Positions 25,244 to 40,212 of a DNA stretch of 64,000 bases are shown here, one piece after another. The notes below the pieces were generated by a model. That model saw only the letters and a list, made by a program, of their open reading frames with translations, ran no database searches and was not told where the DNA came from. The translations under genes were made by a program, and so were the position numbers. Positions within the stretch are counted from its first letter, which is position 1. Each line of letters opens with the position of its first letter. The stretch comes from Octopus sinensis (taxonomy: Eukaryota), in assembly GCF_006345805.1 (NCBI RefSeq), contig NC_043009.1, positions 58,156,001 through 58,220,000 on the forward strand, read 5' to 3'.

Positions 25244-25291
25244 GTGTCCGATGAAGGGATATAATAAATATCCTGGAAACAGCTGTAAGAC
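25244..25291 (+). ncRNA. Minimal hammerhead motif (C3-G8, U4C) with one stem I mismatch
   Basis: gtgt-CCGATGA-A-GGGATA-taataaa-TATCCT-G-GAAA-CAGCTG-TA-agac; palindromic stem III. Confidence 0.55.
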
Positions 25292-25933
25292 CTTCTGTAT
25301 ATAAATGTTCTAAAATCTACACTGCCTTGGTTTTTCTCATCTTATTACAAGAAAAAAATCTATATACACATGCTGACATATAACCAAATTTGAAACCCCG
25401 AACCTAACTATGGAACCTGGAACTTAACTATGGTCCATCTATAGCACTTATTCAGCATTAATTGACAACCTTGGGTCTCCATCACACCATTACCTCTCAT
25501 GACCACTCTCTCTCTCTCTCAATATATATATATATATATAATATATATAATATTTCTCGAGGCATTCTTTGAAAATATATAAATTAATACTCTATATATT
25601 ATCAGAGCAGTAGCAGAAATGTTCAGATACATGTGAATGGACAAAAATTGTATTCTTTTACAGCTAAATCTTTTTAGTAAGATAGAGATATACATAAGGA
25701 CAGATTTTTATCTGTTTTGTCAGTAATGTAATCCTGTGAAAAACATATATAAAAAACAAACACACACACACAAACACATTCCATATACAAGAACATACAA
25801 AAATACATACACTCAAAGGCAAATTATATACAAATCAACTCTCAAACACACCCGCACAAATACAACCATATGTATACACATGTATTTGCACATATACCTG
25901 TAAAAATATATATTCATATATGCGGAAGTGTAT

Positions 25934-25996
<63 letters not shown>

Positions 25997-26259
25997 TAAA
26001 ATATACACATGTATATATACTATATATATTTATAAGTATATATATATACACACATATGTAATTCACATAGAAGCACGTGAAGATTCATGCACAGACATCT
26101 AGATAGAAGTGAATATATTTATATATTTACATGAAGTGATTTCATATTGTAGCGTGTATATATAGATTTATAAATTACAATAGCACATAAAAAGTAGCAG
26201 TTTAACATTTCACATTAATACGTATGAATATGTATGTATGTATGTATGTATGTGTATAT

Positions 26260-26311
<52 letters not shown>

Positions 26312-27869
26312 TGTCTGTGTGTAAGTGGTTTGTGTGTTGGCGTGTGTGTGTGTATGTATATATGTCCTAATAGACATATACAGTTGCAAAGATGCAAACC
26401 TACATTCAAATATATACATGATATGACACCATAAAAAACACAATTCTTTCATGTAATCTTGTATAAGATTTCAGAAGAGGACAAAGGAAATATAAAATAT
26501 TAAAATAATCTTTCTTATACTCATACAAATGCAAGCACACGACGTATATCACACATACATACAGAGAGAAAGACACAAACACATACACACAGGCAAAGAC
26601 ACAAACTCACACAAATACACAAAAACACAAAGACACAAAACCGCACACGCAAATACAGACACACATATATGCATGATCAAATATGTAAAGAGCCACAAAT
26701 ACGACAGATAATGTTACCTAAATACCAATTATATACGTGTTAAAAAATTTGAAAGCTATAATATTGTATGTGTTAAGAAAAGTATATTATATAAAGGCAA
26801 ATTTTCTACATATTGAAATGTAAAAGAAATCAAGAATAAATAAACGTAGTTGGAATCGTGTCTTATAAAATTACAGGATGTGTCCAATATAGGTGATAGT
26901 CTATTATACATGAATCATATTAGTCCAGAAGATGCAATTTATAATATAGTATCAAATAGCTGAAGATTGATTATATCTAATGAGATATCATGAGAAATGT
27001 GAGAGTAAATATTTAGGACAATGTCAGGTTAGTAGTTAGAGAGAAGAAGATTTACGATGTATTGTATGGAAATGCAATACTTAATTTTAATAGCGTATTC
27101 ATAAGTCTAAATGTAAAACAGGATGGGCAGTAATGTTATCGGAAACATTTCCGTGAAGCTATCTTTTCGTATTCTTGGTCAGAAGATATTCCTAAGAAGA
27201 TATGTCTGTTGCAATATAAATATAAAGGGGTAATAAATATTTTGCGCCCCATATACCGCAGAGATAAAAAAAAAAGATTAATTGCCCCTGTGGCATATCG
27301 GGCCCCAAACAATTTATTTCCCCTATATATTTTTACATTGACAGATATATTCCATTTTAAATCTTAACGAAGGGTATTTTCAATCAGATATCTAGATAAA
27401 GTGATATAATTTCATCCTATTACGGTCCTAAATAAATGAGTTAGCTGGTGGTAGCGAGAGTTAAAATTACTTGTGGTTTATCTAATATAAGATTAATTAG
27501 GAGTATAGGTTTTAACTAAACATTACCAAACAATTTCCTCGGCAAAGCAATTAGAGTTAAGAAGTAAGGTTTGCTAATTGCAAAGCAATTAAAAGTTAGG
27601 AAGTAAAGAATGTAAATCATTATTACTGTAATTGTTTAATTTAATTAATTTGAAGATGCAATATTTTGTGCTAAATTAGGGCTGAAGCATAAGATTTGAC
27701 GGTATTTCTTGCGAATATTCGCAAGTATTTGTAAGTAGGAGGAGATGCATACGAAAACGAGAAAGTAGGTATATCATACTAGATTGATATTTTAGATGTA
27801 TTGCAACTATTTCTAACTACATACGTAAGAAGAATATCTATTAACATGTGTTTGTTCCATTCATCAGAT

Positions 27870-28130
27870 TACGGCCACATTAGCAGATTGCCTTCTATCT
27901 CTTCAACATGAAAATGCTGCTCAAAAGTCGCCGTTTTAACACCGTTGGCGAGATCCAGGGCGGATCGCAGAAGGTCCCCGAATCGCGTATGGGAAACGAT
28001 TTCCAGGCCGGATTTCAAAAGTGGCAGGAACACCGGCACCGGTGTATTGCTGCGCAGGGTAACTATTACTAAGAAGATGATATTAAAAGTTAGGTAATTC
28101 AGTTATTTAAAAAAAATTATACATACCTTG
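27870..28130 (+). mobile_element. Mariner transposase C-terminal remnant
   Basis: FYLFNMKMLLKSRRFNTVGEIQGGSQKV...NDFQAGFQKWQEHRHRCIAAQGNY. Confidence 0.75.
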
Positions 28131-28254
28131 TCCTGGAACCTCGAATGAATCCATTTTTCCAAGTAACGAATTATTTGCTTGATGTTTCTTCCTCTACTCT
28201 GAGAGTGGCTACAGAGAACTCGTCAATAATAATTTGCAGCTACATATTTTAAAC

Positions 28255-28800
28255 CAGTGCTACTCAAACTGGTGGTCTGCGGACTGGTGTCCGTCCGCAA
28301 GCCATCACCTGCCGGTACGCGGCTAGTTTCCAGAAAAGAAAGCAACATTATAAAATGATTATAAAATGCTTATAAAATACTTATGGAATATTGTATTATT
28401 TGTTTACAAAATACATATCAGATAAAAAAAAATTGTCAACTTTTATTATATTCAATAAATATTGAGTCGGTGCATAATTATTGCGGCTTTTTTTCGATAA
28501 ATTTAATTCAACAAGAACAATAACAATATTTAACAAAAATATTTTTAAATGACGGTCTGACCGTCTACCAAACAAATAGGATGGTGAATATGCTCCTGAA
28601 TAATCACGTAAAGATGTTTTTGTTACCTGATGTTTTTGCTGAATAAAATTTGTTGAAAAAAAAAACCCGCAATGATTATGCACCAACCCAATATATATGG
28701 TTTCCGATATAAATTAATATTACTAAAAAATATTATCGGTCCTTTACACATCGGAAAAAACACTGCCACTACGCCGCATCAGCTAATTTGAGAAGCACTA
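28255..28800. mobile_element. hAT/Charlie-like MITE carrying a nested mariner MITE
   Basis: TIRs cagtgctactcaaa / tttgagaagcact; left flank ttttaaac fits NTNTANAN; right TSD not preserved. Confidence 0.6.
28462..28691. mobile_element. Mariner-derived MITE (230 bp)
   Basis: TIRs ttgagtcggtgcataattattgcgg / ccgcaatgattatgcaccaacccaa; TA both sides. Confidence 0.88.
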
Positions 28801-29136
28801 AAATTTGAAATGCATAATATTATCTGTCTGTTCAATTTGTTTTTATAGTATTTGGATATTTATTTGAAAATATTTAGTGATTTATCTTAATAAAAAATTT
28901 TGCAATACACGAATCACGTATGATCTTTTTAATGCTGTATCTCATATTAAAATGTAGAAGAATGTAGCAGACTCTACTGTTAATTTTGATAATTCTACTC
29001 TTCCTATGTCATACTAGTTTGTTACTGATTTGCGTTCGCTGTAGTTTACTTCATGTATCCATTAATATATATAATCTTTGTATTATCTACGTATTATCTG
29101 TTAGATCTGTGAGTAACGCATATAGAGAATTTGATA

Positions 29137-29911
29137 TATACAAGAGTTAAGGAATGGAGTAGAAGAGATTCAGGCTACATGTTTCATAGCGAAAGGAATC
29201 CCAGAAGTGGTAAATATCCAAGCGAGGTGTACGCCGCAGGTTACTCGTCAGGCCAATAGTATCTTGATTAAATGAAAGCTTACATCGTCGCATGGAGGTA
29301 CATGTTAACACATGGAAGATTCCATCAATCTAATTGAATCTTCCATGTGGAAGCACTCCGTCGGTTACGACGATGAGGGTTCCGGTTGATCCGAATCAAC
29401 GGAACAGCCTGCTCGTGAAATTAACGTGTAAGTGGCTGAGCACTCCACAGACACGTGTACCCTTAACGTAGTTCTCGGGGATATTCAGCGTGACACAGAG
29501 AGTAACAAGGCCGGCCCCTTGAAATACAGGTACAACAGAAACAGGAAGTAAGAGTGAGAGAAAGTTGTGGTGAAAGAGTACAGCAGGGATCACCACCATC
29601 CCCTGCCGGAGCCTCGTGGAGGTTTTATGTGTTTTCGCTGAATAAACAATCACAACGCCCGGTCTGGGAATCGAAACCGCGATCCTATGACCGCGAGTCC
29701 GCTGCCCTAACCACTGGGCCATTGCGCCTCCACGAATCTTCTATGTACCTACTTGAGACAATGTAAGCTTTCATTTAATCAAGATATCTTTGGCTTGACG
29801 AGTAACCTGCGGCGTGCACTGCGCTTTGATATTTACAACTCCTGAGGTTCCGGTCGCAATGAAACATACGTAGCCCGGATATTATCTGCTCCGTTCTTTA
29901 ACTCTTGTATA
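29137..29911. mobile_element. Foldback element with ~170-200-bp inverted arms, centre disrupted by SINE-C
   Basis: tatacaagagttaa...cgccgcaggttactcgtca...tatcttgattaaatgaaagcttaca mirrored on both sides. Confidence 0.87.
29349..29733 (-). mobile_element. SINE family C, full length, 13-bp TSD
   Basis: gaatcttc(c/t)atgt at 29336-29348 and 29734-29746. Confidence 0.93.
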
Positions 29912-30215
29912 CATATTCGCACACCCGATAGCTCTGGTCACCTACCGTGGAGTATAAAATGAACTTTTTTCAATTTATCATTATTCGATACGAAAAAAAT
30001 CCGCAAAATTCCGTCTCAAAAAACCACTATTGTCCATGAAAGTTGTTTTATTTTTATATTTACTACGGATTGCTTGAAGCAAACTTTTCGTACATCTCGA
30101 TCTCTGGATGTATATATTTGCGTATGCGCGCGCGCGCGCGTGTGTGTATGTGCGTACACACACACATAAACATGTATATATACATGCTTATATATATTAT
30201 CTATATCTGAGTCTG

Positions 30216-30500
30216 AGACCCCCTTCGGTCACGACATTGATCATGGAATTGCACCTAGCAAGTTACTCTCCCAGGCACAAGTCCGAGCAAGGTTGTTTAT
30301 GGAAGACCAGCAGTCGCCCATGCATACCGGCCTCTCCTCTCCACGCCACCAGTGTTATCCAAGGGAAAGGTGAAGGGGTCGATACAGCTTGGCACCTGTG
30401 ACGTCGCAACTTATTTCTACAGCTGTGTGAACTGGAGCAACATGAAATAAAGTGTCTTGCTCAAGAACACAACACACAGCCCGGTCCACGATTCGAGCTC
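30216..30500 (-). mobile_element. SINE family D (CORE-like ttgagcaagacacttt), 5'-truncated
   Basis: B-box-like ctcgaatcg, CORE-like segment, tail gtcgtgaccgaagggggtct. Confidence 0.65.
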
Positions 30501-30552
<52 letters not shown>

Positions 30553-30646
30553 TATATATAATATATAATATCTATAACATAATATACATACATACATATA
30601 TACACATACACACACACATATATAATATATATATGTGTGTGTGGTG

Positions 30647-30677
<31 letters not shown>

Positions 30678-30739
30678 TGTATGTGTGTGTGCACGATACA
30701 CGATATAAAGTTAACGGCGGACTCGAACCAATCCAACGA

Positions 30740-31230
30740 AATCGTCCGAATGCAACGTAACAGGTACTGGGAAAGACTGAGGAATTAAAACTCTTCTCCT
30801 TAGAACGAAGGCGGGAAAGATATGCAGTGATATACAATCTGGAAAATTCTGGAAGGCCTTGCACCAAAAGTTGACATTGAAAGATACTCAAACAGCAGAC
30901 AGCGTGCACCTGATTAGAGCCAAAGTTCTCAGCATCCCCATCAAAATACAGGATCAAATACTGCAACAACTGGTGTTTGAAGGGCCCACGGCTCTTCAAT
31001 ATTTTTCGAAAATGCCTGAAAGATCTGCATGATGTGTATGAATGTGTCTTTCAAACAAAACTTGATCGCTTCCTGTCAAGGGATCCAGATGAGCCTACAT
31101 CACAGCATGAAACATGTAAGTGTAGCGGCAAGAAACCAACCTATTAACCAAATGCCACATATCAGAGGACGTTTCAAATAATGCTACCAGCACAGTCAAC
31201 GGCGGTGCCCCACTATGAACGCAGCTTTGA
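30740..31230 (+). mobile_element. CR1-clade LINE 3' fragment
   Basis: YWERL..LKLFSLERRRERYAVIY.WKILEGLAP...GPRLFN...FQTKLDRFLSRDPDEP, with frameshifts. Confidence 0.85.
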
Positions 31231-32284
31231 AGCTGAAACGTTGTAAAGATTTAAATATATATATATATATATATATACATACAAACATAAAAGAGATACT
31301 CGAAGAATAGGATATCTGACTCGCTAGAAAGAGCAGTCAGATATCCTATTCTTCGGGTATCTCTTTTATATCTGAATGTACACTGTAGTATTCTCTGAAT
31401 AATATATAGTCTATTGACTATTTTTTTCTCGCTAGACCACTGGTAACTAAGAATTTTTCGATAAATATTCTTGTTACCCTAAGTTTTTAATTAATGATAA
31501 TATATATATATATAAGTGAAAAGAGGAGGGAAAGTGAGCATGAAGAGAAGGCAAGAAAATGTGAAAGTGGGGGAACGAAAGAATGAAGTAAGCGTGAAAG
31601 GGCTGATAAACAGAAGGAAAGAATGAAAGTAAAGAATAGAGTTGTAAAATATTTAGATAAATATATACTTACATATAAGAGACCAAAGTGTACGTACGCC
31701 GCTATATATATACATATATAATACAAAATGGGACAAGAACGTAAAACATCCAGACAGTTAGCTGACACAACAAAGGACAGTAAAACATCCAGATAGACGA
31801 TAAAAAGAAAACAAGGACGGGTCATTCGGAGTTTCCTTTCCTCAGTCGATTTCCAGATTATCTTTGCAAATTCGGCTGGTTATACGCGAGATTGCTCCAA
31901 TCTGGCCAACCCCAAGAAAAAATTAAGCAAAGTGCGAAAACAAGAACTGAAGAAAAACGGAGAATGTTACACAGATACAAATAACAGGACATAACACACA
32001 TACATACGTATACACACATGTGTATCAACACCTATAAATAAGTAAATGAATATATATTATATATACATACATACATAAATATATATATATATATATTTAT
32101 ATATGTATATTTGATCGAGAGAGACGGAAGATGGAAGTTACGAAAATGTTTATTAAGCACTATATATGCATACACACACACACACACTCAAACACACTCA
32201 TATGCATATATATGACTATATATATATATATATATATATTATTATATATATAACTTATACATATATGTACACACACATCTGCCC

Positions 32285-32332
<48 letters not shown>

Positions 32333-32819
32333 ATAACTTCATTCTGCACAGTTTCTCTCAACCATATTCTATCTGTATATATTACCATATAAAATGCTAT
32401 TCATTTTAATTTTAGATTATTTATGGAGATACAAATGTAATCGCTCTTATTGTATGTATGTATGCAGATTTGAATGTATACACGCATGTAAGTGTGTATC
32501 TAAATAATAAATATATATATATATATATATATATACTTGAACATATTGGTCCCTGTCCATGAGTGTGTTTGTATATATGTGTTTATGTTTGTACCACCAT
32601 ATTTGTGGGTATTATTCTGGATAAGGCTGCGTAAGAATGTAGATGATGTAGTTATAAATATTAAAATTGCCAATATAAAAATATTAATATTTATTCAATG
32701 AGATCTATTTTTGAATCCAAAAATACCGAAAAGCATATAAAATTATTATTTTGTAGCAAAGTCAAGCACATTCTCCTTTACAAATCTTCTTGCGGTTTTT
32801 TCCCTTCAAATTATTTAAA

Positions 32820-33450
<631 letters not shown>

Positions 33451-34480
33451 AGAGCAGGTGTGTAAACGCAAAGATGGAGGAAGGGGTATGAGCAGTGTGC
33501 AGGATGGTGTGCGAAGTTGGAAGTAAAAATGTCAATCAGCATTTTAACGAAAATACTGACGAACTGCTAGCTGCAGTGAGCAATCAAATGTACTTAGTGA
33601 AGGTCAAACAATAGACAAACCACTTGAGAAGAAAAAAACAAATTTATGTAAAACTGCATTTAATCTCTTAGTTTATGAAGAATAATGAGGCCGGAAAGTG
33701 GAAATGGCTGAAAACGGGAATTCTCAACAAATAAATACCGTAAATCCTCGAGTATAGTCCGCCCTTGAATATACTACGCAGGGGAATTTTAGTGGTTGTA
33801 CCTCTGAAAAACCTACACCTTGTGTATAATAAGCATCTCTTCTCTAACTTGAGTCAAGGAGGTCTATATAACGTCCTTGGTTTGTAAAAAGGTATACAGT
33901 AACGTCCTTTATTATTATTGTACATATAACATAATGCAAACGTGTAGCGTTTTTGTGTATTTTGTTTGCAGAAAATAAAGAAATAACAGTAATAACAGTA
34001 ATAGTAAAGTTTAATAAATGTTGCTTACTGCAAGTTATGGATGATTCTTTTATGACTTCATTGCTTTCAGGCTTAGCTTAAGGTATTTTCGCGCCCGACA
34101 TCACAAAATGCGTCTGAATAAAAATTGCCGGAGAGCAAATAGAGACTCGGACATTGCTTAGAAAATTTCTTTTTTAACCTCGTATATAGTAGGCACTAAA
34201 GATTTTGATCTTTAAAAATTTTGGGAAAAAAATTCGGATTACGCTCGAGGATTTTCGGTATATAGATAGATAAGTAGAAGGAATAAAGCTTGCATGTCTC
34301 TATAAATAGTATGGGGCGGTTGGCCCCAGTTTGTCACCTTTGTGAAGGTTGTGCGATGCGAGAGAATAGAAAGTAATCGTCACAATAGTTGAATGGTCCA
34401 AACTCTCTGAGAAACTTTACAGATATTGGACACATGATAATATTGCGAAGATCATCCACTGGGAAATGTCTAGGAAGTAT
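33451..34480 (+). mobile_element. Fragments of an R4/Dong-like (REL endonuclease) non-LTR element abutting (TAA)n
   Basis: RKDGGRGMSSVQD (33467 onward) and HDNIAKIIHWEMSRKYG (~34430-34480). Confidence 0.65.
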
Positions 34481-35099
34481 GGAATTCATAACACTATTTA
34501 ACATTGTTAAATAACTTTTCAAACTTCTTGCAAGTGTTCCAACATAGGTTGTCTCTCTACCACTCTGATTTCAAATGAATCAAATAACATTAATTATGCG
34601 CAATAATACCTGCTCATGATAGATCTCTTTACCTTTTCCTTTGCAGTTTTGTATTCTGTAATACGTTTAAGTTGCCAATTCTCAGAATGAATTATGTTTT
34701 ATGGTCATATCACATTTCCTTACATCTGAACTCATATTTTTGAAGATTCTAATACATGTTTAAAGTAACCTTGTGATGCCACCATATAGATCCTCAGGGC
34801 ATGCATTTTACATTCAGAGACTATTTTTGCCGCTATCTATTTTCTTTCATACTCAGTCGAGAAAACTGATCTATATTCTTCCTGTGGTTAATCTGATTAT
34901 TTGAACCTGCATAACTAGAATAACGCCCTGTTTTTCAATCTTTAACACATTCTACCTTAGACACTGAAATGTCTTCTGGTTAATCTTCCCCTCACTGTGC
35001 TACACACAGTTTTGTCTTCGTTTTGTAGCGCTCTACCTCCGAGAATGTCATTTTCTTCTGCTCGATCACCAAACACATACATACGTACATACGTACATA

Positions 35100-35480
35100 C
35101 GTACATATAATCAGTCATCAAGTGAGATCTAGAGAAGTGAGAAAATACCAAGTAGTGCGTAAGTTTTTAAAGAGGACTAGGCCCACGAGGTACAGAATGA
35201 CTGAAGGAGAAATTCAGATGAGTTGATATGGATGTAGAGGTACAGAGAAACACGATTAGGCTTCATATATATTAATACGCACACTCAAACGCACGAGCTA
35301 GAGAGCAGCTACAGAAACAAACAAGTTGAGAAGCGTCAGCGGCGAAAGGAAAACAACAGAAATGCAGAGTGCCGAGCCACCCTCTTGGAATGCGAGTACA
35401 GTGACAGACGCTGTGCTTTAATCATAGGAAGAATCAGCCCTGAAAGAAGCTGCAAGAAAAGAAGCTCCTGATATGAAACT
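35100..35480 (+). mobile_element. Possible RTE-clade LINE 3' remnant
   Basis: KRQRRKENN...LECEYSDRRCALIIGRISPERSC resembles a decayed RTE C-terminal Cys/His motif. Confidence 0.35.
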
Positions 35481-35559
35481 GCAAGGAAGGGAGCTCCCCC
35501 CCCCCACACACACATGTATGAGATGTGTCGGAAAGGACACAACCAAAACTCAAGCCCTG

Positions 35560-35830
35560 GAAATACATCGTGCCAGCCAGCACAGCCGCCTTCAAGCGGC
35601 GCCTGCATAATGCCAAGTCCTCTTACGGTATTTTGGAATCACGATTCGCCGCATTATGCACCTCAAAAATGAAGGGACCCCATGCGATACGAAGTGGAGG
35701 ATCATCAAGTGGCCAGAATCAAACATTAACGGGAGCTGATGCAGCAACGATCCTCAAAGACTCCATGAATCCAAAACTACTGTACACTCGAATAGAAATA
35801 TACAGTCCCTCCATGGGTTTCAAACGTATA
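35560..35830 (+). mobile_element. Degenerate PLE-type GIY-YIG endonuclease fragment
   Basis: KYIV.....FKRRLHNAKSSY...HLKNEG..CDTKWRII...KLLYTRIEI, matching the pattern YIG..FKxRxxNHKSSF..W.I..LLN.R.EI. Confidence 0.55.
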
Positions 35831-36217
35831 GATGCTGCAAGCATGGGGTTCCTCGTTCTTCGATTATAGCTGGAAAAGTCCTTATGGATTAAAAGCAATC
35901 GCCGAGCGTAATTCCCCGTCCCCCTTTTTTGACCAACATGAATAGGTCTAAGGTAGGTAACCCATCCGCACCGTCTCAGATATTGTATTCTTTTATTAAT
36001 TGCTAAGTGACCATAAATTGCTGTCCCAGAGTTGCAGAGTTCTATTTATCATCGGCTTTAGAGGCTTTCGCGCCGTTCCATCGGCTAGGTCCTTTCTTGA
36101 AAGAAAACATTGGTCATTCTATGACACAATATAGACTTAAATGCATACAGATATATTACTGGCCAATGCTTTAGAGTGTGCTTAATTTCCGGGTATATGA
36201 TACACTAACGGTATGTA

Positions 36218-36286
<69 letters not shown>

Positions 36287-36318
36287 ATATATATATATGT
36301 ATACATACACACACACAC

Positions 36319-36349
<31 letters not shown>

Positions 36350-36407
36350 CACATATATATGTCTATATCCTCCTTCTTATGTGTTGTGTTTATCTTCTGA
36401 ATATATC

Positions 36408-36515
<108 letters not shown>

Positions 36516-37105
36516 TACATATATAGAGATACATTGATACACATATATTACATATACATATACATACCTATCTACCTACATACATGTGTTTTGATATATA
36601 TATATGTGTAAACACAAACACACACAAAGACACATCTATATGTCTGTGTTTGTTTTATTAGCCTCAGTTGAAATAATGATTATATTTCTGATACATGATT
36701 TCAATGCGAAACACGACGCCACTAGTCAATTTTTTTTTTTTTGTGGTTCTCCGTTTGAGATCGGTGTACACTGTCGCATAGTGTAGAGTTTCTCTGTAAG
36801 AAGCATTTCGGAAATTTAATTCCATTTAATCTATTCCACGCTTGAATAGATTATATCTTAGCCTAGAAACCCCTTATTGTTCTATTGGAGAACATTTTAG
36901 TTTCAACCCATTTATATATACATGTAAATACGCTTATATGTACGTTTATGTGTATATATGTATGTATATATATATATATATACACACACATATATATAAT
37001 ATATACATTTACTATATACTTCCATATATCGTACACACACGCGCGCGAGCACGCACAGACGCACACTAACATCTATATACATATATGTACATATATATAC
37101 CAGTC

Positions 37106-37268
37106 GCCGATGCTGATGTGTTTACGTCCCCGTAACTTAGCGGTTCGAAAAAAGGGACCGATAGAATAAGTACTAGGCTTACAAAGAATAAGTCGTTGGG
37201 TCGATTTTCTCGACTAAAGGCGGCGCTGTAGCATGGCCACACTCAAATGACTGAAACAAGTAAAAGAG
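37106..37268 (+). mobile_element. SINE family B, 3' half
   Basis: gtttacgtccccgtaacttagcggttcg...gactgaaacaagtaaaagag. Confidence 0.88.
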
Positions 37269-37289
37269 TGTATTACAGAGAAAGGAAAT

Positions 37290-37510
37290 ACAGGGTAGAT
37301 TCCAGATATTTTGAGACTTTTTCAGGACATACTTTTATTTATTTCAAAGAGGTACTCAACACTTATCTCCTTCAAAGTAGGATTCTCCGGCTTCAATGCA
37401 CTTGTTGTAGCGCTCCAGTTACTTCGTGAACGCCACATCGAAGTCCTCAAAACTGAAAATGACCAAGGCCCTCATCACGGTATCCTTCATCTCAGATTCT
37501 CCTTCTACTT
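37290..37510 (-). mobile_element. Mariner transposase C-terminal remnant with probable TIR
   Basis: EMKDTVMRALVIFSFEDFDVAFTK*LERYNKCIEAGESYFEGDK*. Confidence 0.7.
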
Positions 37511-40212
37511 GCAGAACAAGCAAACCTCACAGTGATTAAGGGCTGGATTATAGGGAAAGTGAATACAGTTTCTGTCAAGTTGTTGGTTACCTGGATACTC
37601 CTCACTGAGCCCAAGGGGAATAAACTTTGCAAAAATATTGTGCAAGTTCATTTCTTCATAAATAATTCTGTGTACAGTTACATATTGTCTTTATAGACAG
37701 ACAAATTTCTTCATCCAGGAACTTGCGAATTTTGTCATTCATTTCTTATGTTCTGACGTTCCTCTCCATCCTACAGACACTTTGTTCAATGCATCAAGTT
37801 ACACGCATGTAATTACATATATGCATACACGAAAATACACGCATTTACATGTGCATGCATGCTGGGTGACTAATAGTCTCTGATATGCAACCAAAGACCA
37901 AAGGTGTGTATTGCACCAAAACGTCAGGAGAACACCATTTCTTTCATCAAGTTGACGATGATATAAATTTCAAGCGCGAGTGACATGTATATCGAAATTA
38001 GTCGTGCATAGACTTTCCATCCGTATATTCGGTCTTCAAGAAAATAGAACAACATAAAATACTAGGAGTACAAAAATGAAGGATTGCATTTGAACCAATA
38101 AGTAGTGAAAAGAGGCACAAATTCATTGGAACATGGACTGACTTTTTTTGCCCTCATCATGTACATGCGTCCGCAAGTAACGACTTGTTATCAAAGGAAA
38201 GCGAATAATGCAGGTGATAAGGCAATACAGAATATATTTTTCGAATGGTAGCGCCGAAGATCAAAATATAAGAAAGTATATGAGCATGAAGCATTCGTCA
38301 TAGGAACGAATATTGATAGGAGATTGCTGTCGTAAACTATTTAAAATATAAACACAGTCGTCTAAACTTAGTAACATATGACAGAGAAAATGCTAGTGAG
38401 CTGTGATAAAATAGATTGACCACCAGATATGATATAATGATGAAGGGAGTTTAAAATATATGATGTCGACGGTGAAGCAATGAGAAATATGGAGGTACTG
38501 CACTTGAGTATTTTAGCGGATCGTTTTGTAGCGGACTAGTGCAGCACCCGTTTTTAGAAGCTAAGCTTTAGAATACCATAATGAACAAGACTAATTAGAA
38601 GATGCAATTACAGGTTATTTAATGGAAGCGCGTAGAATTATGTAAAACACTCCAAAAGTTTCTCTTGTTCTACATATATAAGTATATATATATATATATA
38701 TATATATATACAAACCATCCGATCTTCTGATTACCTCATTTCTTCTAATACATATATATATATATATATTATATATATACTATATATATATACATATATA
38801 TATATAGATAGATACATACATACATATATATATATAAACATATACATACAGACAAACCAAGATATATATATATATATATGCGTGTGTTTATATATAAATG
38901 TATGTATATGAATAATAATAAATACAATTGTATATAAACATATGCATGGATATGCAAACATGGCCACGTCGGAACATGCATTTTCTTTCGAATAACCACA
39001 TGCAACAGAACAAGTACACGCACATCTACACATGCAGATATCTACATACATGCATATATACACACACACATATGCACACACACATGCATACACCAACACA
39101 CACACACGCTCACACACACAAACACACACGCACATATGTATACATGTATATATACATGTGCTATTTCGTATGAGCTGCAGTAACACACGTCACACAAATA
39201 TTTTGAAAGGTGTGCAATGCTTTATAGATCTTATACACACATAGACACACAAAGAGGCACACGCATGCACAAAGACATACACACACACACACACGTAAAC
39301 ACACACATACACAAAGCGTGCAGACACATGGACACAAACGCTCGCACACACACATGCGTGCGCACAAACGTACATACACTCACAAAAACACACTCACACA
39401 CACACACAGAACGAAATACCTAACCTGGTAGCTTTCACACGTGATTGCTTGATTGCCAGGTATCCTTTAGCTATTCAGGTTGTTGAATAGGAAATTAACT
39501 AATTTTAGTCTGTGTTTCGTGAGGATGGCAAATGTTGATTTAAGCTGAATTAACTCCGTTGCTAATGAATATTGTATTCACATGTTTGCGTTATTTGTAA
39601 TGAATTTTTTTCATGTGGATAGCAAGTTTCAGTAATTAACCTCGCTTATTTATCTGTTTAAAATCTGTTAATTTTATTGATTCTCGTCACTATTCCAGAA
39701 AAGAGCTATCACGTCTATATTTCGCTGAGAAGGTGTAATAATACCAAAACAAACATGGAATAGTTTTCCCCTTTTTTACTACCACGAAAAAATAATGCTT
39801 GTTCAGGTAATGTCTTATCCTCACCATACAATTACTTCGAATAAAACTTTCTGTGTCCAGTACATTAAATATGGTGTCATTGACGTAATTCTTTGATATT
39901 TCTTTAAAATTTAACCCGTTTCGATCATTGCGGTCATGCTGAAAGCACAGTGATAAAGAAATAGTTAGACAAGTGACTTGACACTTGTACTTATTTTTGT
40001 ACAGCCAAGTACTTATGGTGTAGGGCTCTCATTTGCTGAACCGCTGAGGATAGAAACACTCCAGCACCGGTTGTGAAGCGATAGAGAGGGACAAATATAG
40101 GCACAAATACACCCCCCACACACACAGACATGCACACTCACGCACGCACCCAAGGTAGGCTTCTTAAGTTTCCGCCTGCATAATCTCCTTGGTCGGCCCG
40201 TGGCTATGCATA

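Larger units (their letters stand above)
23830..25360 (+). mobile_element. Penelope-like element 3' fragment (GIY-YIG, 3' UTR/pLTR), interrupted by SINE-B
   Basis: CTLSKVIYCISC...LYIIQTG...DWFAEHLRDI (~23970-24085); pyrimidine-rich UTR; hammerhead motif at 25244-25291. Confidence 0.78.

Noticed and set aside
32690-32745. Hammerhead-like relic (8-bp hairpin, GAAA-AGCA-TA)
   Set aside because: Core and stem I are too degenerate to support a call.
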